Assembly: GCF_000002865.3 (NCBI RefSeq)
Contig: NW_001865082.1
Coordinates: forward strand, 129,894 to 170,246
Length of the DNA stretch: 40,353 bases
Direction of reading: 5' to 3'
Source: Monosiga brevicollis MX1
Lineage: Eukaryota
The notes below the pieces were generated by a model. It made no database searches and was not told where the DNA came from. It saw only the letters and a list, made by a program, of their open reading frames with translations. The position numbers and the translations under genes were made by a program. Below are positions 1-21,753 of the stretch, piece by piece (positions within the stretch are counted from its first letter, which is position 1; every line of letters starts with the position of its first letter).

Positions 1-26
1 CTTCTTTATTTTCCACAAGCAGCAAA

Positions 27-10317
<10,291 letters not shown>

Positions 10318-10667
10318 GGTCTGATTGCGGGCTCATGCGAGCGCAATCGACCGAAAGAGGAGAACGATCAGCACAAACTGGTGTCTTGTACACGCAGACC
10401 CAGTCCGATCAGGTAGTGCCTTGGTACAAGCAAGCAGCCAGGCTCCAAATCCACTTGTCTCCACCGCCCTCTGCTCTCAATGTGACCGTTGAAGATTGGA
10501 AAAAGAAAATGAAAAAAAAAAAAAAAAAAAAAAGCACTCTTTGAGGTAAGGCTATTGTTGTTGTAGAGAGAGCTATACACAGCAATTTAAGAGAACAGAA
10601 CAGCCTTACACGACATGTACACTCAAGTGTGTGTGAGGTTTTTTTTTTTTTTTGTTTGAAGACTGTA

Positions 10668-10815
10668 GCTTTTGCTTTGCTTTGCTTTTCTGCTTTGCTT
10701 TACCTTCTCTTTGCTTGCTTTGCTTTGCTTCTTTGCTTCTTTGCTTCTCTTTGTAGCTTTGCTTCTCTCTTTGCGATGATTCTTTGTTTGCTTCTTTGCT
10801 GTGAACTTTTTGCTT
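10668..10815. repeat. Degenerate (CTTTG/TTTGC)n low-complexity tract in a divergent intergenic region
   Basis: Repeated gctttt/gcttc/tctttgc units flanked by poly-T and poly-A runs, between the SMCHD1-like ATG (10317, -) and the tetraspan ATG (11351, +). Confidence 0.8.
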
Positions 10816-11350
10816 AACATGATGTTGTTAAAATAATGCTTTTCTTGTGAACACGTTGCTTCAAGGCAATCTAGAGTGTTAAAAGAGCTTGCCATACACA
10901 TCATAAAAAAAAATAAAAAAAAAAAAATAAAGGAAACGTGTTTTAATTTTTTTTTTTACATGTTACATGTAATAAAATTGTTACGACTTGTTTCGGCGGC
11001 GACTTTGTGGTCGGCGCTCAGCTCGCTGCCCTTTGCGCTCTTGCCATTTTCCGCTTCGTCTTCTTCTCTTGCTCTTGATTTCGGCTCTTCCATTTTCGTG
11101 GTCGTCGTTTGGTCTGCGTGAGCTTGTCGGGTGGTACGATGCTGATCTGCTGAGCAGCACGGCGATGGAAAGGGTGGTTTAGGCGAGCTTTGTGGCAGCA
11201 AGCCCTCTAGTCCTTGGGCGTGCGGACTTGTGTCTCTGCGATACCCAATCGTCTATTCATCCGTTCATTCATCCATCCAACCGCCCGCGCATCAGTATAT
11301 CCGTCCGTTCCGTTCGTCCGTCCGCCCATCCATTCATCGGCATCCAGAGA

Positions 11351-13809
11351 ATGGCAACGTGGGCCGCACGGCTGGGTCGCTGGATGCGAAGAGTGGCCCG
11401 CCAGCACGCCAACCCTATCGCCCTGCGCTTTGCTGGCGTTCTGGCCCTCATCATTGCCGCCATTGCTTTCCTGACTGCGTTTTGGACCGTCATCACCGCG
11501 TACGTAAAACTGTGCGCATAGCCTGTCCATCTGAGGCCCTTGTGGATTTCGCCTACCCTCGCTCTTCTTCACTCAGGCGTGTCCCAAATCATCAGGACGA
11601 ATAACAAGGGTACAACGGTGCAAACATTGGCCATTGGCATTGTCTGTACGTTGCCCCCTCGCGCACAGCCCTCTTCGGCCCTGATTGAGCTCAGCGCCTC
11701 GCGTCTTGGTCAATTTCATTCACCCATTTACGATCTTGTTTGCCACCCACAGATGGCTGCCAGTCCAACGACGCCACGGGATCTGGCAGTGTTGCCACCT
11801 CTTGCTCACCGTAAGATCCCGGCCCTACACACCTGATTGCGATGTTTTGATCTCGGCGGTTTGGCGCTTGTTTCAAACAAAGCAGGGTCCTGAACGATAC
11901 AGGCCAACTCCAAACCCCTCTGATTCCCAACTTCGCACCTTCACCCCCCCACCCCCCCTTGGGACGCCATCATGTAGCGGGCAATGTAAATCGCACTGCG
12001 CCTTTTCGCAAGTTGCAGCCGCTTGTCTTGGCCTTTGTGTGGCCACGACGTTAATCGCTCAGTTTCAGGCCGGGTACGTTTTGACAACACCAGCCACCTC
12101 TTTTTTTTTTCTTGTCTGCTCAATGATTCCAGTTTGACCACGCGTCCGACTGCTTCAGAGGCACCAGTGATCATTCTTCTGCCCGTCCACGCTCACTTTC
12201 TCACCTTTTCATTTGTTCCTTGGATTCACCATCTGGGCCAAAACGTCACTGAACGGCGCTCGACGCTTGTAGGCATCGGGCCAAATATGACTCGCTGCGC
12301 GTCTCTCGGTGGCAACACCTTTCCCACCTGTCTACCCTTCTTGCAATAGCCGTGGCCATTGTCACGTGGCTTCAGTTTCATCACGCCGTGCAGCAAAACG
12401 TTGGCCAGTACATTTCCCTTACCAACTCCTCTTCCAGCTGGACCACGGCAACGTCTGCTTCGGTTTCCCTTTCCTGGTCTTTCTGGCTCCTGCCTGGCAG
12501 CGGCGCATTGTGCCTTCTCCAATACGGCTGGCTCTGCCTCACGCGCTGGTATGCCACCAGCGAAGAGCTTTTCCTGGCCACCCTCCGCGAACAAGCGGGA
12601 ATTCCCAGAGAAGATGTTCTCGAAGCCCTCCAGCTGCGGCTGCGCCGTGATCGAAAGCGTAAACCCCCGCCCTATCAATCCCCAAGCTTCCTTCTCCTCT
12701 GCCGACCTCCTTCCTATGCCCTTGCTTCCCGCCTCAAGGGCCCCCTCCAAGCCAGACCTGCCGACCCCGCTATCTACGCCACCATCCCGCCTCCCTTGTT
12801 GCCCCCAGCCTACATCCACGACCCCCGTCGCCGTGGCATTGTCTCCGATCGCGAGCTGCAGTTTCGTCAAGGTGCACGAGACGCCATCAGCTATCAAGAA
12901 GAGGCGCAGCTTCTCACCCGCATCATCGAAAACGAAGGTCGCCGTGCACATCAGCCTGCCATTTCGCCAGCTACCACACGATCACCGGCTTTCTCAAATC
13001 ACGCTTCTCAACCTACTCGAAATCCATCGGGCCCCATGATGCGGGGACCTCCAGACGCACGGCTGCCCATTGCCTCGGGTCGTGCGCCCATCTCCCGCTC
13101 AGGCTACGCCCCGTCCGTCCTTCGCCACACGGCATACAGGGACTGTCCCGCTGCACCTGGCTCCGTGCCGACCTCACAGTCCCGAGAACGACTCGCACGC
13201 TCCACATTGGCCACCCAGCGTCCCACTATCCGTACCCCAACAACCACACCAACGTGGCGCCTTCAGCTGTCTCAACCCCACCTCACATCCACAGTGCCTG
13301 GCCCTCCCATCAGGCATGGACCTCATGGCCCGACAACGGCATACCCGGATCATGCTCCGTCAGCGTTTTTTCGTGCTTTTGAGGCACGCACCTTGCCAGC
13401 GTTTGACCCGTCCATGTTTGGTGATGAGGACTCAGCAGGGATCGACCCGGATGATCTCGACGCGCTAGCACACGCCACCCATGCGGCCGCACACCACGAA
13501 CATCATTCCACTGGGCTGGGTGAGCGCGTCTCCCATATATTTCAGAATATCGGGCGCAACCTACGCGGTCAGACAGGCTATCAGGCCTTACCAACCGTGG
13601 ATGACACGGCGCTATCGAGCGACCCTGCTTGCTCGCCACAGCCTTCGGTGTCTTATGACTCCGATTTCGAAGATGATGAGGCAGAGGGCCCTAGCTCCAC
13701 AAACGCCAGCCACGCCATCATCCCTGCCACACGATCAGGGCCCCCCATTCCTCCCATCAACGATGACGATGGCGACGATGATGAACCCATGATCGATCTA
13801 TCTGCCTGA
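11351..13809 (+). CDS. Claudin/PMP22/clarin-like tetraspan membrane protein with a long Pro-rich cytoplasmic tail
   Basis: TM1 FAGVLALIIAAIAFLTAFW. Spliced loop ATNNKGTTVQTLAIGIV|YGCQSNDATGSGSVATSCS|PGQCKSHC (exons from ~11596, 11753 and ~11978). TM2 VAAACLGLCVATTLIA. The large last exon 12350-13809 has AIVTWLQF and SLSWSFWLLPGSGALCLLQYGWLCL, with a WSF pre-TM4 signature. The exon for the start of TM3 is unresolved. Confidence 0.6.
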
Positions 13810-14176
13810 GTGGCCAGTACTCATCAGCCCGTGCAGAGCACCGGCCAATCCCATTTTGCAGCTCACGAAGAGCCATCCCACGCAGCAACCAGGGCTACGC
13901 GTTATACACGCGTGATTGTTCATCATGTAAGACGAATCACAATTATCATCATTTTACCAAAGAAGGAGCTCTTGCCATGGTCACATGACACGGCAATGAA
14001 TCACAAATCACAAACATTTGGCAGCAAGAGCGTGAGGCACAGGAGACACAAGATAATTTTTACAGATGCACGCACAGTCATTAATATGTGAACAAGGGGG
14101 AGTATGGATGGGGACAAACATCAAAATGCCAGCTCGATAAAGCGTAGGGTGAGTTGGAAGCCACGTCCATGCCGAC

Positions 14177-17100
14177 TCAAGCCTGGACCTCTGCTTCAAG
14201 GCCATCAAGATTGGTTGAGAGCCCAGCAACACTGAGGACCGAGTGCTGCTCAAAACCGGGATTGGTCGCCATGCCGGCCTGCGTCTCGTGTGCATCCACC
14301 CGTACCCGCCTGCTTCAACGGCATTGTGCATAATAGACATGAGGATCAGAAGTCATACCGCAGTCAGGGTCAGGATCCACAGACATCATGCATAGGAGGG
14401 GGCCTCGCCGATAGTACGCACTCGCTGTTGCGGCGACGAGCCATCACCACGGCGGCGATTGTGAGGGCAACAAGAACCACAGCTCCACAAGCGGCGCCAA
14501 CGATAACGATCATGGATGTGCTGGACGCTTTGTCATCTTCAGGAGCGACAGCGCGCGCTGGTTGTTCCTCCAAGGCAGTAACGCGGCCGCTCTCCTCAAC
14601 TTCAAGAAACTACATGTAATTTAAAAAAAAAAAAAAGAAAAAAAAAAGTGCCATGACCGGTCGAACCACGGGACAAAGTAGTTGCAATGAGGGTGGCGTC
14701 GGTGGCTGATCTCAGGGCCATCAAGGTCACAGGGAGTGTGTCTCCACCTACCTCCAGGTCCAAATCTGTCTTTTCCCGCACTTCATTCTGCAGTGTCGAG
14801 GATTCCAGCATGGTGCGCAAAGCCGTCTCGTCGACATTGTCACCAATACTTGTCACACGGTAGCGAAGCACCGTGCTTGTGCTTGCCACGGCGACGACGG
14901 GCGAATCATCGCCATCACGGCGGGCTCGAGGTGATTCCACGAGCCACACATGGACTTCGACAGCAAATCCTAAAACCAGATCCGCCCATCGAGTGCAAGT
15001 GCAAACGGTGAATGCAATACGTTGGCAGGGCTTTGTATTTTGGGCTGAGCGCAGCTTTACCAAGCAGAGATTGAAGGCCACGTTGAAGCTCCTGGCTCAC
15101 ACGTGTCAACGTTGACGTCATATCAAGAGCAACTGGAAGGCGAATGGTGCCAATCACATAAGTTGTGGGGTTGTTTGGTCGAAGTTGCTCGCAGTTTCCA
15201 CGCACGCAAGCCAAGCCCGAGGCACAGAATCTATGCTCAAGTGGATGCAAATGTGAGATGAATGCAACTCATGCCAGAAATCGTCATGGGACACGAAATG
15301 CCAGGGAAAAGCATTTCAGACATACCGGTCATTGTCGCAAAAGTCACCCACTTGCGCTCCAGTCGTGCAGCGGTAGCGTGGACAGCCCTGGCAAGCACAT
15401 GCTCCAATAACGACAGTTGACTCAAGTGTATCCTAAGGAAGCGCACGCCGAGACAGTCAGATCGGAATTGCTGAAAGAAGAATGACGACGTATGAAGACC
15501 ACCCACCTCAACAGGGACACAACCCTCGGGCATGAAGCAATCAATCTCCGGGCAGAGGCAGGCTTGACACGAGCCTTGGCGGCATTGGGTACCGTGTCCA
15601 CAGCTGTTCGAGACCACGGCAAGAAAAGGTTACATTTGCGCGCGGGGAGCTAGAACTATGGCAGTCACGCTCAGAGCAACACGGCCGGAGCTGGACGTAC
15701 TCGCTCGTGGCGGAGCAAGGCTTTTCCTTGCACCTGCATGTGGGACAGCCTCGCTCGTCGAGGACGTTGCCATGCTCACAATAGATCATGCAGACAAAAC
15801 CGCAGTCGACGGTCGTGCTGGAGGCGTCGGTGCCTTCGTGTGTGCTCCTTTCGACGCTCTGGGTGGTATCGGCATCCTGGGTTGCATCTGTGGTTTCGAC
15901 CGAAGGGGTGGAGGTCGGCTCTTGTGGTGTCGAGGGATCATCCGGCAGACACGTGCACGTTGGGCAGCCTTGCTCGTCCAGGACGTGCCCGTGTTCACAG
16001 AAAACGTCGCACAAGAGGCCACATTGGCATCGGCCTTGCTCGCAGAAGAGACCTTGGGCACAACTGGCGCGTATGACAATGTGTTGATCATTTTATAACA
16101 GATGCTAGACACAGCACAAGTACAGAAGTAAGAGGCTGAGAACAACAGAGAAACGTACTGTGAATCTTCGTGACAGGTGGCGCCGCGGCCCAGATTGCAT
16201 TCAATATCGGGGCAGTCCGTTTGGCAACCACATTCATCACGCGGAATAATCTACAGCCATCCACGAAGAATCGTTACTTGCGGAGCTGTCTGAAAGAAAA
16301 AGAAGAAGAAAAACAAACACAAAAATACAAAAACAAAATAAACACGGTAGAAGGGGCGGAAGGGCAGGCGGATGAGCCTACCAGAGAGACGGCGCACTCT
16401 TCAAGGGCCTGTGGACACTTGGGCGGGGCTGGGCAGTCAAGGTCGCAGTCGCGTATGCACTGGCCCTGGGCGCACTTGTACCCCGTCATGCACCTGTGCC
16501 AGAGGTATGCAAATGATCGCGAGTATTGGAGTATAGCTGGGGCACGATGAATCGAGGGGGGCCGCAAATGGAATGCATGGGGCGGCGTACCTCATGGTAA
16601 CACATTTGTCAATGGGGTCACAGGCGTATTGGGGGCAAGGGGTGGTAAAGCATTGCTTGGGTTCAGGTCGGCACAGTGTATTTGGACCACAATCATGGTT
16701 GGCACACGGATCGGCGCATGTGCAAGTAGGACAGCCGTACGCGTCGGAGGCGTATCCATAGACACAGTCACTTGGGCAGTCCTTGGTGCGAGGACACGCG
16801 CAGCGGCCGTCCTGGCAGGTGAGTTGCTTTGCGCAGCTAGTGGGATAATGATGTTGGGGCAAGTACGCACGGGGTTAGGCTATGCTCGTCAACAAGGAGA
16901 AAAGAAGCGATTGGTCGAACAAGGATGTATGTCATACTGAAAGTCAAGAAAGCATTGCTCGCCAGCCCCACGGTCGCATTCCATGGTGGGGCAGCCTGTC
17001 TGACACCCGCAGACATCATGGGGCACAATCTACGCGATGCAAGCATCGGGGAACGAGCAGGGGCCGACGAGGAAGAACACGGAGAACAGCGACCGTATGT

Positions 17101-17992
17101 GTGTATATGTGCACGGCAATGCGAGAAATAAGTGGAATGGCACAGCACAAGCACGAGTGGCTGGCATGGTAATGATGCCGGTATAGCCAGGCAAAGGGTT
17201 GTAACATCAGGGCACACCTTGGAAACATTGCAGCCTGGCATGGACGGAGCGCAGTCGATGGCGATGAGACAGCCCATGTCGCAATCACGAACGCAGGTGC
17301 CTTCCTTGCACTTTTCGCCATAGGCGCATCTATAGCAAAGACAAGAACAGGTGTCAGTGATCATCAGCGGGCTTGCTGTTGAGGCTTGATCGGGTGGGGC
17401 GGGGAGGGCAGTAAGACGTACGCTTGAGCGCAAGGGGTTGCGCAATCACAGGTGGGGCAAGCGTCGGCGTCGAGCACGTAGCCCGAGGGGCACTTGCTGT
17501 CGCACTCCAGGGCGGTGCAGTTGCTTGGGAAGGTGTACTTGTTGCAATGGGGAGTGCCATAAGTTTCGCAGGCCATCTCTGTGCACGCCCAATCCCATTC
17601 GTTCTCTCCGAAACGCTGACAGAGATTGCAGCTGTGGTGACAGGGGGGTTCGGGCGAAAGGAGTCGAATGAGGCGCCACTCGTTGACGTAAAGCTGCTCT
17701 GGAACACTCAAACGTTGGCCAGGGCATGTATGCTTTCTGTCTTCGTATCAATTCGAACGCACCCGTCATTGAAAGTGGTGCAGTAAGGAGGGGGATCGAA
17801 GGGCAAGCCTGGGGTGGTGGTGTCACGCAAAAAGTTGGTCATCGGCTATCGGTTGTCACAACGCCGAGCAAGGCCAGCGGGAGCGAGTGCGTCGAGCCTG
17901 CATAGGTGTAGCTTACCGTTGGTGGTGGTCAAAGCCATCCAGCTGCAAAGCAGGACCAAGGCTCGACGTGGCCACGTCGCCAAAGACGCCAT
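14177..17992 (-). CDS. Cys-rich type I membrane protein with antistasin-like repeats and an N-terminal pacifastin-like module
   Basis: Signal peptide MASLATWPRRALVLLCSWMALTTTN|GTAAGC. Four antistasin-like units: CDSKCPSGYVLDADACPTCDC, CPSDCVYGYASDAYGCPTCTC, CDVFCEHGHVLDEQGCPTCTC and CMIYCEHGNVLDERGCPTCRC. Thr/Ser-rich spacer; TM IVIVGAACGAVVLVALTIAAVVMA-RRR (~14520-14430); spliced tail ending NPGFEQH...AEVQA* (stop 14177-14179). Confidence 0.82.
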
Positions 17993-18206
17993 GGTGCCGA
18001 TTCAAATCTGCGCAAAATCGCGTCCAAGCAAAAGCGTGAACACCACACACACACACTCATACGCACACGCACGCAGGCACCCGCCCAACATGCACGATCA
18101 CTCATCATCCAGCCATCCTTCCTACCCTCCCATCTCAACCAACACGGCGCCCGGATCCGAGGCGACTGCCGTTTCCACCGACTCGACTCTACCGAACACG
18201 ACAACA

Positions 18207-18209
<3 letters not shown>

Positions 18210-18243
<34 letters not shown>
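18210..18243. repeat. (GT)n microsatellite
   Basis: Perfect dinucleotide run about 220 bp upstream of the Cys-rich gene ATG. Confidence 0.95.
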
Positions 18244-18245
<2 letters not shown>

Positions 18246-18765
18246 CTCTCTCACCTTGGAAGGGAAAATGGAAAAGACGCCACTTGTCAGCAAAAAGAGA
18301 GCTTTGAGATGAATGCAATTTAAGAGGGGTAAATGCAATTTTGAGAGAGATAAGTGAGAGAGAATAATGAATTGGTCGGTTTGAGAAAGAGAGAAGTAAA
18401 GCACAAAGGAAAAGTACAACTACCACATGAGGGGAGAGAGAGATTGAGAGATTTAGAGAGAGATTTAGAGAGAGATTTTCTCAGTTTCAAAGAAGAGGAT
18501 GGAGGATGGGGAGTTTCTTTATGACATGCTTGTTGGATCCAAAAGGCCCTGAAGCAATGGTGGCAGGATGGAGAGAAGGAATTGGGAGAGAGGGATTGAA
18601 TTGGTCAGAGAAAGAGGGAAAGAGAAAGGCATAAACGGCAAAAGATACAGAGGATTAGCACAACTACTGCATTGGGAGAGAGGGAGGGCAAGTATCAATT
18701 CACATGTCAAGTGAATTGACTCCAAACAGTGCGGGAGAGGCAACCAAGATGGCTGTTCCCTGTGG

Positions 18766-20717
18766 TTAAGAGCAGCTAGGATTGGTCTGCGCACAAGAGG
18801 GGCAGCCGGGGGTAGGATAAGAGGCGAGGCTGGGATGTGTGTGGCGGGATGAGGTGCGTCATTTACCTGGTGAGGGGACGCATGCTGTAAAAAGGTGTCT
18901 TGGTAGTAGGTGTGCTGAGCGGCCGGCGCAGAAGGGTCTGCGTTCCACCAGGCACGAAAGGCATCGGCCATGGAGACGTTGTTAATGTGGTATTGGGTCC
19001 AGCCTCCGCTTTGCTCACCCACATGCATGAGGCAACTGTGGTAGAAGCCACCGTTTCCGGGCTTTGAAAATGCCGGCGTTTGCGCGGCCTTCATGAGTGA
19101 AGCTGCAAACGCGTTCAGCCCATCAATCTAGATGCACGTCGGTAGACGGGAGATGGAGTTTACAACTATGATGAGTATCGTGCGTGGCAAGCCCTCCTGA
19201 CCCGCACCGGCCAACATACGGGCCAGAGCAAACGAGCAGCAGACAAGGAAATTCAAAGCAAAAAACAAAACAAAACAAACAAACAAGGGATTTGGGGGGG
19301 GACCTGGGTACTGTTGCATTCTTCAAAGTGATTCTTGGTGCAGCTGGACCAGACCATGGGGTAAATGTTGGACATTTGCCACGAGTCAAGAACCGACTGC
19401 AGGGGGAAGATGGGGGCCTGGATGTAGTTCCAGGTGACCGGGGCAAAGATGCAATTGCGAGGATCCTCCTCGCCCACCAAACAGGCCTGGTTCACGCCGC
19501 TGCTGCAATTCTGCATCTGAAAGACGTTTTGCATTTCTTGAATGTATTGCGGGACTCCTTTAAGCAAGGAAAGGGCCAGGAAGCGTTTCGTGCCAAGCGC
19601 ACACAAACGGGAAGAAATGAACAAAGGCAAGGCGCTGTGAGACACCTCGAAGTGACGAAAAGGGCCGGCAGAGCGAGACGGGAGCACTACCACCTTTTGA
19701 GCACAAACAAGAAGAAAAAAACACCGCCTCCCATAGCACAGTAAACGAGCACTGACACGCGCTGACCTTCGGCATTGCTATGGTTCATGAAAAAGCCCGA
19801 GCCAGGGGCAACTTTGTAGCGGCGGAGTGGTGCACCAAAGTCGGTGATGGCGGCACGAACATAGTCAGCATGGAGAAAAGAGGCCAAGCCGCCGGCAGAT
19901 CCGCCAGAGAGGAGGACGTCAGTGGCTTGATCAAGGGCCAAATGCGTAGCCAAGTGCTCGAGAATAGCATCCAGGTTGTGGCGGCCCCGCATGAAGAGGG
20001 CCGAGTCCTTGGGCTCAACAGAACCGGCAAAGGAGGCTCCATCGCAATACCAGAGCACAACACGATGGGCGCCGGCCAGGTCAGGGTTGTTGAGGACATT
20101 GTCCGATTCAGGCCCGGCGGTAAAGGTAAAGTGGCTCGAAAGGTTGACGGTTGAGCCCAGCTCGGTCCCAGCACGCTACCGGGAGCACGGCGGGGGGAGA
20201 GTGATGGAAACAAGTAGAGGCGTGAGAAGCACGTTCCTGGTTGCACTGACAAGGTCAAGGTCTTGAATCTTGGCAAAATGGCTACGCGGGTGGATATGCA
20301 CAACCAACCTCTACGCAGTTGTCGTACGAGTAGCACCAGCCGCCCCCCTTAAAGTAGAGGACCCACGTGTTGTTCAAGGCGGTGGAATTGGCGGGGGCGT
20401 AGTAAAATGCTGGGCGAGAGCCATCCAGGCAGGCTGCCCCATGTCGATCCACGATTTGTTGATCCACACGCCTGCGTGCACAAGGCAAGGTGTATTTGAG
20501 GTCGGGTGATTCATTGGGTGGGTGCCGGTGCGCCGGGTGACGGAGCTGGGGGATGGGGCCGGGGAATGGGGCTGGATCGACTGGCTCACGTCAGTTGATT
20601 GACGGTTTGCGCACGCACTGAGACCAGTGAGGATGAAAGCAAAAGTAGCAGAAGCGGGAGGAAGGGGGAGAAAAGCCGCCGTTCCGTGGCCTGCTGGGAA
20701 GCTCGTGACTCTGGCAT
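18766..20717 (-). CDS. Secreted pectin acetylesterase / Notum-family alpha/beta hydrolase
   Basis: Signal peptide MPESRASQQATERRLFSPFLPLLLLLLSSSLVSVRA (ATG 20717); GAACLDGSRPAFYY; WVLYFKGGGWC; YCDGASFAG; nucleophile motif LLSGGSAGGLA; QSVLDSWQ; FYHSCLMH; last exon |TNPSCS* (stop 18766-18768), like the family's C-terminal NPxC. Confidence 0.93.
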
Positions 20718-21102
20718 GATGCCGAGCCTGGAGTGTCAGGGCGGGGTCTTCTTAGAAACCCGGTGAAAAAGATTGCTGCACGACCCCGAGTACTAGCCAG
20801 CCACAACGTGCAGGTGATCCCTACCACGAAACTGCACGCCAAGACGAGCAACGGCAGTCAGCGGTGCTCCGGATCGGCAGCATCACCCGGCAGCGATCGA
20901 GATCGAGATCGAGATCGAGCTCGAGATGTGTCTGTGTGCGTACCCCAGGTCGTTGTAGTGTAGAAGGTGCAGCAAAATGTTGAGAAAACGACGCGATATA
21001 ACCATATGTGCTTACTATTAGGTGGCGGTTCATGTAGCCATTTGAGCCAAAGTTGTATCCTCTTCCAAAGTGTCAGGGTGTTTTGTTGTTTTGACTCGAG
21101 TC

Positions 21103-21158
21103 TCTCAGTCTCTTAGTCTCTCAGTCTCTTAGTCTCTTAGTCTCTTAGTCCCTTGGTC
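21103..21158. repeat. 8-bp tandem repeat (TCTYAGTC) x ~7
   Basis: tctcagtc tcttagtc tctcagtc tcttagtc tcttagtc tcttagtc ccttggtc, in the head-to-head intergenic region. Confidence 0.9.
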
Positions 21159-21753
21159 TCCCAGTTTCGCGCGGAGACGTACGTCATTGGGCGGCGCTGG
21201 CGTACTTGGGTGACGTGCTTGTCCCAAAAAGCCAACCAGGATTGGTCGACGCTTTTGTATGGCATCTCTGCTAGATTGAGCGCCGCAGTGTCAATCTCTT
21301 GTTTATGCTTTGATTCGTTAGCTTGGGTAAACCCGCGTTGGGCACACTCTCTCAGAATCTGACGGCGGTGAGTTTGACCTCTATGTTTACACTTGGTAAC
21401 AGCGGCAGGACCTTCACACCTACACCACTCACACACCACACATAAGATACACTACCAAAGGCGCAAGAGTGAAATTTCCCCACACCTGAAAACACACGCG
21501 GCCATACACACGTATCAACACTACCTCTTCCCCAACACCTTTGCAGAGACGAGCGTGCAAGTCTAACCCCTTTTCAGAGAGAAGACAACTGTCCCGACAC
21601 TCCTCCTCCACTTCCCCCTTGCCTTTCCCAGCTCCTTCAGAGATTCACCCCCACCCCCAACCGCAGTTCAGAGAGTCGCCCCAAGCGGCGACCGATGACG
21701 AGCGTCCCGCGCTGCTGCTGCCAACATCAAGACGCCATCAGGACGACATCAGA

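Noticed and set aside
10956..11201. Short minus-strand ORF (MEEPKSRAREEDEAE...)
   Set aside because: Low complexity, no motif, lies in a divergent promoter region; unsupported without expression data.
11753..11810. Frame reading WLPVQRRHGIWQCC, which resembles the claudin GLWxxC motif
   Set aside because: Splice phases of the neighbouring exons fit better with the YGCQSND...SCS frame. Direct splicing from exon 1 is formally possible, so cDNA is needed.
21103..21158. Short tandem arrays here and at 36871-36944 considered as CRISPR-like or telomeric
   Set aside because: The units are 8-10 bp, contiguous, have no spacers or cas genes, and do not match TTAGGG-type repeats.
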